A DNA stretch of 42,905 nt, taken from positions 1-42,905 of the forward strand of contig JAQWPY010000087.1 in the NCBI GenBank assembly GCA_029245145.1. The letters are read 5' to 3'. The stretch is from Pirellulales bacterium. Its GTDB lineage: Bacteria; Planctomycetota; Planctomycetia; Pirellulales; UBA7805. Both the position numbers and the translations under genes were made by a program. The notes under the pieces are model-generated. The model was not told where the DNA came from, did not search any database, and saw only the letters and a program-made list of their open reading frames with translations. Positions 9,416 through 18,329 of this stretch are shown here, piece after piece (the first letter of the stretch is position 1; each line of letters starts with the position of its first letter).

Positions 9416-10600
9416 CTATTTGGCAACTTCGAATGAACCAACTGCCTGAGCGAGGGCCTCTGCACGATCTGTATTTTCCCAGGTGAGATCGGCCTCCGAG
9501 CGTCCAAAATGCCCTCCCGACGTCGTCTGCCTGTAAATCGGCCTGCGCAGATCCAGATATTCGATGATTCCACGGGGTGTTAATTCAAAGTGCTCACGCA
9601 CAAGTTCACAAAGCCGGGCATCATCCACCCTTCCGGTTCCTTGCGTGTCAACATGTACGCTCACCGGTTCCGCAACACCAATCGCATACGCCAATTGCAC
9701 CTCACAACGACTCGCAAGTTGGGCAGCCACAATATTTTTTGCGACATGCCGTGCCATGTACGCAGCGCTTCGATCGACCTTTGTCGGATCTTTCCCACTG
9801 AACGCACCTCCCCCATGACGGCCCCAACCACCATACGTATCGACAATAATTTTACGTCCCGTGAGACCACAGTCACCATGCGGACCACCAATCACAAAAC
9901 GGCCCGTGGGATTAATGTGGAAGATGATGTCGCCTTTGTCGAGTTCCGCAGGCAAGACGGGCTTGATGATTTTTTCTACGACAAAATCCTGTATTTCCTG
10001 CTGACTGACCTCTGGCGCGTGTTGGGTGGAGACAACCACCGTATCGATGCGGATCGGTGAATCGCCTTCGTACTCCACCGTGACCTGACTTTTACTATCG
10101 GGCCGCAACCAATCGACCTCCCCTTCCTGCCGTGCCTTGGTCAAGCGATTCAAAATGCGGTGGGAGAGCGCGATAGGGAGTGGCATCAATTCTTCGGTTT
10201 CGTCACACGCATATCCGAACATCAATCCTTGGTCTCCCGCGCCGACATCTTTTCCTTCGTCCAAATTGTCGTCCACGCCTTGGGCAATATCGGGACTCTG
10301 CTTGTCGATCGATACCATCACCGCGCACGTGTCTGCGTTGATTCCCATTCGGTCATCCGTGTAGCCCACCTCTCGAATGACATCGCGGATCACCTCGGAA
10401 TAATCGATCTCTGCATTGGTCGTAATTTCTCCGGCGACAATGACCATACCGGTGGTGACCATCGTCTCGCAGGCGACTCGACTGTGGGGGTCTTGTTCAA
10501 AGAGGGCATCGAGGACACCGTCGGAGATTCGGTCTGCCAATTTATCGGGATGCCCCATACTCACCGATTCGCTCGTGAACAAATAACTTCCTTCTGACAT
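9416..10600 (-). CDS. metK: S-adenosylmethionine synthetase
   Basis: 394 aa with the motifs [24 protein letters not shown] and [19 protein letters not shown]. Confidence 0.97.
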   Translation of the reverse strand: MSEGSYLFTSESVSMGHPDKLADRISDGVLDALFEQDPHSRVACETMVTTGMVIVAGEITTNAEIDYSEVIRDVIREVGYTDDRMGINADTCAVMVSIDKQSPDIAQGVDDNLDEGKDVGAGDQGLMFGYACDETEELMPLPIALSHRILNRLTKARQEGEVDWLRPDSKSQVTVEYEGDSPIRIDTVVVSTQHAPEVSQQEIQDFVVEKIIKPVLPAELDKGDIIFHINPTGRFVIGGPHGDCGLTGRKIIVDTYGGWGRHGGGAFSGKDPTKVDRSAAYMARHVAKNIVAAQLASRCEVQLAYAIGVAEPVSVHVDTQGTGRVDDARLCELVREHFELTPRGIIEYLDLRRPIYRQTTSGGHFGRSEADLTWENTDRAEALAQAVGSFEVAK

Positions 10601-10656
10601 GAACCCATCTCCTTTTTAACCAAAAAGCTCCAGCGCCGAGAACTCGCAAACACAAA

Positions 10657-10680
10657 CCCAAGACGTCCCCCAAGACGTCC
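10657..10680. repeat. Perfect 12-bp tandem duplication (CCCAAGACGTCC x2) in the metK leader
   Basis: Read directly: 10657-10668 equals 10669-10680. Each unit contains the GACGTC palindrome. Confidence 0.9.
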
Positions 10681-10706
10681 TGAGTGCGCCTTGCGGGGTC
10701 GCAAAA

Positions 10707-10736
10707 ATTGTAGCACAGCGGACCGCCGCTCGGCAA
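10707..10736 (-). promoter_or_regulatory. Candidate sigma70-type promoter for metK
   Basis: Minus strand reads TTGCCG (10736-10731), an 18-nt spacer, then TACAAT (10712-10707). This would give a leader of about 100 nt. AAAGGAG lies just upstream of the ATG. Confidence 0.3.
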
Positions 10737-11036
10737 CGCCGCGAAAAGTAGCGCTCGTACGACAACAAGAAACGAGGCAGAATGAAATCCGCCGGCGAAC
10801 GAACCATTGCCACACCATCGGGGTCCGAGCGCGGAAACGTCTGCTCGGTTCGGGCCCGATACTCTCGGTAGCCCAAGGAATTCAGTTCGTGTCATCGGCG
10901 TGAATCGCACACGACGGCGATAACCAAGTCCCGACTCGACAATTGAGGTCCGGCACCCTATGCTCGCATAGAGGTCTTTGGGAGTAATTATCGCTCCACA
11001 TCTCGTCCCGATTACCACACCGATCTATAGTTTGTC

Positions 11037-12257
11037 ATGCAAGATTCGCCCACTGTACCTAATGCTGCCGGTCGCTTTGGAGACTTCGGTGGGCGGTATG
11101 TCCCGGAAACCCTCAATCCGGCACTCGACCAACTGGCCAATGAGTATGCGCAAGCCCGCGAAGATTTGGGATTTCATGATCACTTAAACGATCTGCTTCA
11201 ACATTACGTCGGACGTCCCTCGCCGCTTTATCATGCAAAGCGACTCTCAGCAGAATGCGGCGGCGCACAAATTTTCCTCAAACGAGAGGACCTCAATCAC
11301 ACCGGTGCACACAAAATCAACAACACGCTGGGGCAAGCACTGCTCACGCAGCGGATGGGAAAAACACGGGTGATTGCCGAAACGGGAGCGGGACAACACG
11401 GTGTGGCCACCGCCACCGCTTGCGCCCACTTCGGATTACCTTGCGTCGTCTACATGGGCGAGGAAGATATTCGGAGACAAGCACCCAACGTCTACAGCAT
11501 GAAACTGCTGGGTGCCGAGGTTCGCTCGGTGACGAGCGGTTCTCGAACCCTGCGCGATGCCATTAATGAAGCGATGCGTGACTGGATGGCTTCGGTAAAA
11601 GACACCCATTACATCCTCGGGTCAGTGGTCGGACCGCACCCCTTTCCCATGATTGTGCGCGACTTTCAATCGGTGATCGGTAGGGAAACGATAGAGCAGT
11701 CAAACCGGCAATTTCAGGCACTCCCGGATGTGGTCGTGGCATGCGTGGGTGGTGGAAGTAATGCCGCGGGCATGTTTTACCCGTTTATAGAATCGAGCGA
11801 TGTTGAACTGATAGGCGTCGAAGCGGGTGGGCGGTCGGATCAATCGGGAGATCACGCATCTCCACTCACCTATGGAAAGCCGGGCGTTCTTCACGGCAGC
11901 TACAGCTACGTGATGCAGGACGAAGATGGACAAACGTGCGATGTCCACTCCATTTCTGCGGGACTGGATTATCCCGGGGTCGGCCCAGAACACAGTTACT
12001 GGAAGGCAACCGAGAGAGTTCGCTACGATTGCTGCCGCGATCAAGACGCATTGCAGGGGTTCGACGCGCTGGCGAAAACCGAGGGCATCCTGGCCGCAAT
12101 CGAAACGTCCCACGCGGTGTGGGTGGCAATGCAGATTGCAAAAGAACGGCCCAAGGAGCAACGCGTAGTGGTGTGTCTCTCGGGGAGAGGCGACAAAGAC
12201 ACGGCAGAGATTGCCCGATTGCGAGGGGAAGACGGATCATCGGGGAATGGGACGTAG
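11037..12257 (+). CDS. trpB: Tryptophan synthase beta chain
   Basis: 406 aa with the [12 protein letters not shown]-lysine motif and the GGGSNA loop. Confidence 0.97.
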   Translation: MQDSPTVPNAAGRFGDFGGRYVPETLNPALDQLANEYAQAREDLGFHDHLNDLLQHYVGRPSPLYHAKRLSAECGGAQIFLKREDLNHTGAHKINNTLGQALLTQRMGKTRVIAETGAGQHGVATATACAHFGLPCVVYMGEEDIRRQAPNVYSMKLLGAEVRSVTSGSRTLRDAINEAMRDWMASVKDTHYILGSVVGPHPFPMIVRDFQSVIGRETIEQSNRQFQALPDVVVACVGGGSNAAGMFYPFIESSDVELIGVEAGGRSDQSGDHASPLTYGKPGVLHGSYSYVMQDEDGQTCDVHSISAGLDYPGVGPEHSYWKATERVRYDCCRDQDALQGFDALAKTEGILAAIETSHAVWVAMQIAKERPKEQRVVVCLSGRGDKDTAEIARLRGEDGSSGNGT

Positions 12258-12275
12258 AGACGGAAGGGAACCATC

Positions 12276-13091
12276 ATGTCGGCAGTGGACGACTTGTTCG
12301 CCCAACTCAAGGCGCGGGGAGAAAAGGCTTTCATCCCCTTTATCACGGCAGGCGATCCCAGTCTGGAGACGACCAGTCGGGTACTTCGGAGTCTTGTGAG
12401 TCAGGGCGCCCACATGTGCGAAGTGGGCATTCCCTACAGTGACCCGATCGCCGACGGGCCGGTCATTCAGGCATCCTACACGCGCGTACTGAAAGATGGC
12501 ATTCGGCTGGAACAAATCCTCCAGATGCTCCGTGAGACGACACCGTCGCTAAAGGCCCCGGTTTTGACGATGGTAAGTCACGCGATCGTGTACCGTCGCG
12601 GCATGGTCGATTATGTCGAGGCGGCGAAAGAGGCGGGAGTTGCAGGACTCATCGTCCCAGACCTTCCGGTGGAAGAATCGGGAGAATTACAGACCATCTG
12701 TCGCTCTGCCGACATGAGTCTCATTCAATTGATAACGCCCAACACCCCGCCCGCCAGAACGGAACAGATCATCGCAGCCACCAGCGGATTTATTTACTAT
12801 GTGTCGGTCGTGGGCATCACGGGTGAAAGACAAAGCCTTCCGGATGAACTCGTCAAAAATGTGGAGTTGCTGCGTGCAAAAACAAGCCTGCCGATTTGTA
12901 TCGGCTTCGGCATCAGCACCCCGGAACACATTCGCATGCTCGCTCCCGTTGCGGACGGTATGATTGTCGGAAGCGCGATTGTCAAACGCCTTTCCAAAGC
13001 AAGCCGAAGTGATTCGCAGGACGACTCGAAAGCATTGGAAGAAGTTGAGGCTTACGCCAAAACTCTGACCTCTGCCCTCGCTTCCTGTTGA
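12276..13091 (+). CDS. trpA: Tryptophan synthase alpha chain
   Basis: 271 aa with the motifs ITAGDPS, EVGIPYSDPIADGPVIQ and GFGIS. It starts 18 nt after trpB. Confidence 0.95.
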   Translation: MSAVDDLFAQLKARGEKAFIPFITAGDPSLETTSRVLRSLVSQGAHMCEVGIPYSDPIADGPVIQASYTRVLKDGIRLEQILQMLRETTPSLKAPVLTMVSHAIVYRRGMVDYVEAAKEAGVAGLIVPDLPVEESGELQTICRSADMSLIQLITPNTPPARTEQIIAATSGFIYYVSVVGITGERQSLPDELVKNVELLRAKTSLPICIGFGISTPEHIRMLAPVADGMIVGSAIVKRLSKASRSDSQDDSKALEEVEAYAKTLTSALASC

Positions 13092-13147
13092 TCTGCAGCG
13101 TGTACTTGGCCGATGTACCGCCACTCGCAAGCGATACTGAGAGCAAT

Positions 13148-13183
13148 TTCATCTTTAGCTTCATCTTTAGCTTCATCTTTAGC
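13148..13183. repeat. Perfect 12-bp tandem repeat, three copies (TTCATCTTTAGC x3)
   Basis: Read directly: 13148-13159, 13160-13171 and 13172-13183 are identical. The repeat lies 57 nt downstream of the trpA stop, at the edge of an AT-rich intergenic stretch. Confidence 0.95.
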
Positions 13184-13335
13184 GCCGTCTGCTTTCACTG
13201 CTTCGGGCATTCCTGATCACTCGCAAGGAAAAAAGTTTTTCATTGCAGGCGACGCATGCAAAAAAATAGCCTCTGCACGCAAGTACTTATGGAAAAGCCA
13301 TTTTACAGATTCCAGAGGAAAATTGAATTTTTTTA

Positions 13336-13365
13336 TTGACTCAAAAAAAAGGAAACCGGTAAATT
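13336..13365 (+). promoter_or_regulatory. Candidate sigma70-type promoter
   Basis: TTGACT (13336-13341), an 18-nt spacer containing an A8 run, then TAAATT (13360-13365). It sits about 70 nt upstream of the ATG at 13437. Confidence 0.3.
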
Positions 13366-13436
13366 AATGAAAGAAACAAAGTCTTCGATGACGATTTTGA
13401 AATATATCCTTGGCGGATTCGGGAGGTTGCGTTCGC

Positions 13437-13970
13437 ATGACACCCACGCCTTCACAAACACTCCGGCGATTCTTTACCGGGCTCACGGAACACGCTTTTG
13501 TTTCCCAACTCGGAGTTGTCGATCCACCGCTCGTCGATTACGTCGCGAGTCTCTTGATACGCTTCCTCCGCAACGATACGGTCTATCGCCTCCGTGACCT
13601 CACCGGAAAGCGACTTGAGGAAGTCGCCGGAATGATGCTCGAGGGGCAAGAGAGAATCGGGGAACCACGTCGCGAACTGCACCAGCACGTCGGAGACTTC
13701 ACTCTTTTCTGGACTGGCCTGTATCCGGAATCGCTCCGCCAAATGCAAGACAAAGAACGAAAAGATTATTTTCTCGACTACTGCGAGCAGGGAAAGCGGG
13801 CCTATTATATTGCCAGCACCATCCCCGGCGACGAAGAAGACGGCAAGAACGAGGTACTGCGACGCCTGAGCCACGAATTTGAAATGTGCGTGTACGGTCT
13901 GGGCGAAGTGCGGCGCGAGTGGGAACGCCGGGACGATAATTTCAGCGGCATTCTGCCGATCAATAACTGA
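13437..13970 (+). CDS. Hypothetical protein
   Basis: The track ORF starts at a TTG at 13410. The ATG at 13437 has GGGAGG 10 nt upstream. The 177-aa soluble protein has no family I recognise. Confidence 0.5.
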   Translation: MTPTPSQTLRRFFTGLTEHAFVSQLGVVDPPLVDYVASLLIRFLRNDTVYRLRDLTGKRLEEVAGMMLEGQERIGEPRRELHQHVGDFTLFWTGLYPESLRQMQDKERKDYFLDYCEQGKRAYYIASTIPGDEEDGKNEVLRRLSHEFEMCVYGLGEVRREWERRDDNFSGILPINN

Positions 13971-14100
13971 ATCCCCTGCTCGGCTCCTGGCTCACCGGTG
14001 GAGTTGGCGCGAAAAGCGGTTAGAATAGGGCGCCTGCGAGTTTAATCCGGCATGACACATCGGACGCTTTGAGATTCACCTTCGCATCGATGGAGACCAC

Positions 14101-15072
14101 ATGGAGCAGGAAAACTTTGAAACCCTCGTAGACCGTGCGGTCCAAAATCGCTATGCGGCCGCTGCCGCTGAGAAAGAACCTGCCCTCTGCTGTCCCGTCA
14201 CTTACGACGGCAAGTATCTCGATGTCCTTCCTCAGGAGTTGATCGATCGCGACTACGGTTGTGGAAACCCGGCCGAATATGTCAGCGAGGGGGAAACGGT
14301 TCTCGACCTTGGCTCCGGGGGAGGAAAAATTTGCTACATCCTCTCGCAGGTCGTCGGTCCCGAAGGACAGGTATTCGGCGTCGATCGAAACGACGAAATG
14401 CTGGCTCTCGCTCGGCGCTATCAAACACAAATTGCTGAGGCCATCGGTTGGAACAACACGCACTTCTTGAAGGGAAACATCCAGGATCTCGGACTCGACC
14501 TCGAAGCCCTTGATTCCTTCCTGAGCGATCATCCGGTACACAGCTACGCTGACTGGCAGCGGGTCGACCAATGGATCGAGCAGCAGCGCGAGGCTTCTCC
14601 GATGATCGAAAGCGATTCGATCGATGTGGTCGTCTCAAATTGCGTGCTGAATCTCGTCAATCCAAAACACCGCGAACAACTGTTTTCCGAAATTTTCCGA
14701 ATACTCCGTCCCGGAGGACGGGCCGTTATCAGTGATATTGTCAGCGACCATCCCGTTCCGCTCCATCTGCAAAAAGACCCTCAGCTTTGGAGTGGTTGCA
14801 TCAGCGGAGCATTCATGGAAGGACATTTCCTCAAAGCATTCAAACGTGCTGGTCTGCATCACGTAGAGATTCTCAAAAGACAGGATGAGGCTTGGGCGAT
14901 TGTGGAGGGGATCGAGTTTCGCAGCCTCACGGTGCGGGCCGAAAAACCGACCTCAGCGTCCGCTTGCGAGGGCGAAGAGAATCGCCACGACATCACGCCC
15001 AAGCCCCGCGACATTTCCTTGACGGTCCTTCCCGGCGGCAACCGTTGCAGCCCGGACAGTGACTGCTGCTAA
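14101..15072 (+). CDS. SAM-dependent methyltransferase, arsenite methyltransferase (ArsM)-like
   Basis: 323 aa. VLDLGSGGG SAM-binding motif, upstream CCPVTYDG and DRDYGCGNP cysteine motifs, and a Cys-rich C-terminus (RCSPDSDCC), as in ArsM-type enzymes. Confidence 0.7.
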   Translation: MEQENFETLVDRAVQNRYAAAAAEKEPALCCPVTYDGKYLDVLPQELIDRDYGCGNPAEYVSEGETVLDLGSGGGKICYILSQVVGPEGQVFGVDRNDEMLALARRYQTQIAEAIGWNNTHFLKGNIQDLGLDLEALDSFLSDHPVHSYADWQRVDQWIEQQREASPMIESDSIDVVVSNCVLNLVNPKHREQLFSEIFRILRPGGRAVISDIVSDHPVPLHLQKDPQLWSGCISGAFMEGHFLKAFKRAGLHHVEILKRQDEAWAIVEGIEFRSLTVRAEKPTSASACEGEENRHDITPKPRDISLTVLPGGNRCSPDSDCC

Positions 15073-15097
15073 AGAGAGTGACTGCTGCTCAAAAGAG
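15058..15097. repeat. Near-perfect tandem duplication (19 bp + 21 bp) spanning the methyltransferase stop codon
   Basis: AGTGACTGCTGCTAAAGAG (15058-15076) is followed directly by AGTGACTGCTGCTCAAAAGAG (15077-15097). The 13-bp core is identical in both copies. Confidence 0.9.
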
Positions 15098-15111
15098 CGA
15101 AGTGTCACCAT

Positions 15112-16815
15112 TCAATCTCGACCGACGCAGACCAGGCACATATCGTCGCTTTGCGGGTGCCCTGCAACATGCCGCTTGACGTCCTCTAGAATATGCTCAC
15201 CTAAGTCTGAAATGCTTGTCAAAGGGTCGGCGAACCGTGCCTCGAGTTGCTCGACACCATACAACTCTTCTTCGGCATTCATCGCTTCACTGAAACCATC
15301 GGTGAACGCCGCAAGACTATCACCAGGGGACAGCGTGATGGGGTAGGGTTCGTATTCAAATTCTTCGGTCACACCGATCGGAAGCCCGGCTTTTTCCGAT
15401 CCCGGCATTTCCACCGACTGATCGCCCAACCGAACCAACGGCGGCATGTGCCCTGCATTCACCAACGTGACTTTGCCGCTCACAGGTTCGAGAACCATCA
15501 GAAGCATGGTAACGAATCGATCTTCCCACCCCCCCTGATTGAACACCACATTGAGTTTGGTGACAGCCGCCGCCGGATCGGTTTCAGTCGCCAGACAAAA
15601 CCGCATTTCCGCAGAGAGTTTTGCCGTCAATAGAGCGGCCGATATCCCCTTACCCGACACATCCGCAACGATGATTGCCAATCGACCGTCTGGTAGTTCG
15701 ATGTAATCGTGATAATCTCCGCCCACTTCATAGGCCGAATCGTAGTAATCAAAAAAATGATAACCCGATATTTCGGGCGGGGCAGAGGGCAGAAAACCCA
15801 ACTGAACTCGACGTGCCATTTGAAGATCTCGCTGCAACGCTTGTTGCTTCAACTTATCCTCATGCAACTGCGCATTTTCCACTGCCAACCCCGCAGGTGC
15901 AGCGACCCCTCCCAACACCTCGAGATCATCATCTTGAAATCGAGTCGTTTGATTGAGGGTATCGATTTGAATCACGCCCAATGGGTTCCCTTCACTATCG
16001 AGCAGCGGCGCACACATCATCGAACGAATGCGGAAGTCGGCGATACTTTGACTCATTTGAAAACGGCTGTCGGTTGCCGCATCGGCAGAGAGTACCGCTT
16101 CCTTACTCCTCATCACTTCATCGACGATCGTACGACTAATGCGAATTTCATCGTCGTCGTCAGGTCGGCGGAATTTGACAGCCTTGGGAACCAAGCGGCC
16201 GTCGTCGCCCTCTTTAAGCACAATAAATCCGCGATCCGCCTGAGGGAAAATCGTAAATAAACTGTCGACCACCTTCGGCAAAACTTCGTCGAGTGAGAGA
16301 GATTTGCTCAAACTTCGAGTGATTTCCAAAACCGCTTTAAGCTTCGTGATCGGGTTAGTGTCGAGTCGCATCCGCGCCGTGTCGGACACCTCAATTTTAG
16401 TCATCACCTTGGAACCGCTCGGGGCCTCTCGATCGTCGTCGATTACCACCGACTGAGAGGAGCCGGGATCGATTGCAAAACCGGTATCTCTCGCCGCCGC
16501 CGTCTGCTTCTTAACGAAATCGTGATCTTCGAAACGAAAGCCGACATCACAGATTCTTAAACTATCGGCGTGCCGCAACAATTGCCGTCCATCGATTCGT
16601 TCATCGTTGACGAAGGTTCCGTTCCGACTCTGCAAATCTTCGATGTAAAATTTTCCGTCCGCCGCCGTAATCTGAGCGTGGTGCCGGCTGACTGCTCCCG
16701 CATTGATATGAATCTCGCAGTCCGGATGCCGTCCCATGACCATCGTCGCTTGGTCGATCTCGTATTTTTGCCCCATGTCGGGGCCCACCGTCATAATCAA
16801 ACTTCCACCGGACAT
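15112..16815 (-). CDS. FHA - GAF - PP2C/SpoIIE-type serine phosphatase
   Basis: 567 aa. N-terminal FHA pattern (MGRHPDCEIHINAGAVSRHHAQI...NGTFVN), a central GAF-like region, and a C-terminal SpoIIE/PP2C region (GGDYHDY, VADVSGKGISAALL, DGFSEA). Confidence 0.85.
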   Translation of the reverse strand: MSGGSLIMTVGPDMGQKYEIDQATMVMGRHPDCEIHINAGAVSRHHAQITAADGKFYIEDLQSRNGTFVNDERIDGRQLLRHADSLRICDVGFRFEDHDFVKKQTAAARDTGFAIDPGSSQSVVIDDDREAPSGSKVMTKIEVSDTARMRLDTNPITKLKAVLEITRSLSKSLSLDEVLPKVVDSLFTIFPQADRGFIVLKEGDDGRLVPKAVKFRRPDDDDEIRISRTIVDEVMRSKEAVLSADAATDSRFQMSQSIADFRIRSMMCAPLLDSEGNPLGVIQIDTLNQTTRFQDDDLEVLGGVAAPAGLAVENAQLHEDKLKQQALQRDLQMARRVQLGFLPSAPPEISGYHFFDYYDSAYEVGGDYHDYIELPDGRLAIIVADVSGKGISAALLTAKLSAEMRFCLATETDPAAAVTKLNVVFNQGGWEDRFVTMLLMVLEPVSGKVTLVNAGHMPPLVRLGDQSVEMPGSEKAGLPIGVTEEFEYEPYPITLSPGDSLAAFTDGFSEAMNAEEELYGVEQLEARFADPLTSISDLGEHILEDVKRHVAGHPQSDDMCLVCVGRD

Positions 16816-17182
16816 GTACGACTATCGCCTTTCCAAGAAAGATGGTTACCGAGAGAGTCGACGAAGATTGCCAACTGTACCTGCGTCGCAGAGTGCATTT
16901 TATGGAAGACGCAGCCGGGGGGGAACCAGCCGAAAGGGAAGCTTTAGGGCCCCTAAGTGGGGATCGAAGCAAGATGCGAGGGGCGACCCTTGACTCTCCT
17001 CGGCGCCATATTCTAGGTTTAATTGTATGAGGGGAGACTGCTGCCGGGCCGCGAGGTGTCGGTTTCCGCTTGAGGTGATCGAGCCACGCTATCCGTCACA
17101 GAGGGCGCAGTTGAGGATGGATAGGTCAAAAAAAGATAGAGGTTGCCGGAGAGTTCTGCATATCCGTTCGACCGGAGTGAAC

Positions 17183-17212
17183 TTACTCTGGGGAAATTTA
17201 CTCTGGGGAATA
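17183..17212. repeat. 15-bp tandem duplication that includes the 5' acceptor arm of tRNA-Gln
   Basis: TTACTCTGGGGAAAT (17183-17197) is followed by TTACTCTGGGGAATA (17198-17212). The first 13 nt are identical. Copy 2 contains tRNA positions 1-9. Confidence 0.9.
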
Positions 17213-17274
17213 GTGTAACGGTAGCACGAGTGACTCTGAATCACTTAGTCTAGGTTCAAATCCTAGTTCCCCAG
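17204..17274 (+). tRNA. tRNA-Gln (anticodon CUG)
   Basis: Manual cloverleaf. Acceptor TGGGGAA/TTCCCCA (7 bp); D-arm GTGT/GCAC with an AACGGTA loop; anticodon stem AGTGA/TCACT with loop CT-CTG-AA. Also a 4-nt variable loop, T-arm CTAGG/CCTAG with a TTCAAAT loop, and discriminator G. CCA is not encoded. Confidence 0.88.
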
Positions 17275-17293
17275 CTTGGGGTAAGAAATCACC

Positions 17294-18253
17294 ATGAACA
17301 CAGACGTGATGGAAAAACTGGCCGGCACCGACCGCTGGACTCAGCCCGATCTTCTCGGACTTGAGCATCTCTCTGCCGAAGAAATCACGATCATTCTCGA
17401 TACGGCTCAGCAGCTAAAAGAAATGACTAATGGCTGTGCAGAAAAATTAGATCTGCTCCGCGGTTGCACCGTTGCGAATCTTTTCTTTGAAAATTCTACG
17501 CGTACCCGTACGAGTTTTTCGCTCGCGGCGCGACGACTCGGTGCCGACGTGATTGATTTTTCGTCGTCGGGAAGTAGCCTCTCCAAAGGTGAGACATTCA
17601 TCGATACTGCCAAAAACATTGAGGCAATGAACGTCGATAGTGTTGTGGTGCGGCATCGCACACCGGGCACTCCGCATTTGCTTGCAAAGAATATTCGTTG
17701 CAGCGTGATCAACGCGGGTGACGGTGCCCACGAGCATCCCACTCAGGGGTTGCTCGACATTATGACGATTCGAGAACACCGAAAAAAAATTGCGGGACTC
17801 ACCGTTGCACTTATCGGCGATATCTCGCACAGTCGCACCGCCCGCTCCAATATCTGGGGGCTGAAAAAACTCGGCGCGCACGTTATCGTCTGTGGTCCGT
17901 CGACCCTGGTTTCACGCCGCTGGGAGGAATTGGGGGTTGAGGTTGCCTATAGCCTCGATTCCATTCTGCCGCGATGCGATGTGCTCAATCTTTTGCGCAT
18001 CCAGTTCGAACGTCAGATCACCAGACCATTTCCCTCGGTCAGAGAATATGCCCTGCTCTATGCGATGACCGGTGAGCGGATGGCGCGGGCAAAAGACGAT
18101 ATCCTGATCATGGCCCCCGGTCCCATCAATCGAGGAACGGAGGTCACCCCGGAAGTTGCCGACGGCCCGCATTCAGTCATATTACATCAAGTAACCAACG
18201 GTTTGGCAGTTCGAATGGCAGTCTTGTATCTCACCCACGAGGTGAATCGGTGA
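17294..18253 (+). CDS. pyrB: Aspartate carbamoyltransferase catalytic subunit
   Basis: 319 aa with the STRTRTSF carbamoyl-phosphate motif, HPTQ, and a C-terminal PGP.NRG motif. Confidence 0.95.
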   Translation: MNTDVMEKLAGTDRWTQPDLLGLEHLSAEEITIILDTAQQLKEMTNGCAEKLDLLRGCTVANLFFENSTRTRTSFSLAARRLGADVIDFSSSGSSLSKGETFIDTAKNIEAMNVDSVVVRHRTPGTPHLLAKNIRCSVINAGDGAHEHPTQGLLDIMTIREHRKKIAGLTVALIGDISHSRTARSNIWGLKKLGAHVIVCGPSTLVSRRWEELGVEVAYSLDSILPRCDVLNLLRIQFERQITRPFPSVREYALLYAMTGERMARAKDDILIMAPGPINRGTEVTPEVADGPHSVILHQVTNGLAVRMAVLYLTHEVNR

Positions 18254-18329
18254 CCGAACGGCCAAAGATCAGTTCGCAGCACGACCAATCGAGATTCGAC
18301 CTTTCTCGACTGGCACCGCGGAGGGCGAT

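Noticed and set aside
10601-10760. Possible SAM riboswitch in the metK leader
   Set aside because: I read the minus-strand leader against remembered SAM-I, SAM-II/V and SAM-SAH cores and found no match. This cannot be excluded without a covariance-model search.
10542-11018. 158-aa minus-strand ORF filling the metK-trpB intergenic region
   Set aside because: It overlaps the metK start, has no ribosome-binding site or motifs, and has an Arg-rich composition. The region is better explained as divergent promoters and leaders.
11024-11036. TATAGT box 7 nt upstream of the trpB ATG suggesting a leaderless mRNA
   Set aside because: No acceptable -35 element lies at 16-19 nt, and many genes here lack Shine-Dalgarno sequences anyway. 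The evidence is too weak to call.
13148-13183. CRISPR-like array
   Set aside because: The units are only 12 bp and directly abutting with no spacers, and no cas genes are in the window. It is a simple tandem repeat.
17183-17274. tRNA-Gln as an integration site for a genomic island
   Set aside because: The duplicated segment is the 5' end of the tRNA, not the 3' end that integrases usually target. There is no integrase or other mobile gene nearby, and the flanking genes are housekeeping (pyrB-pyrC and a signalling phosphatase).
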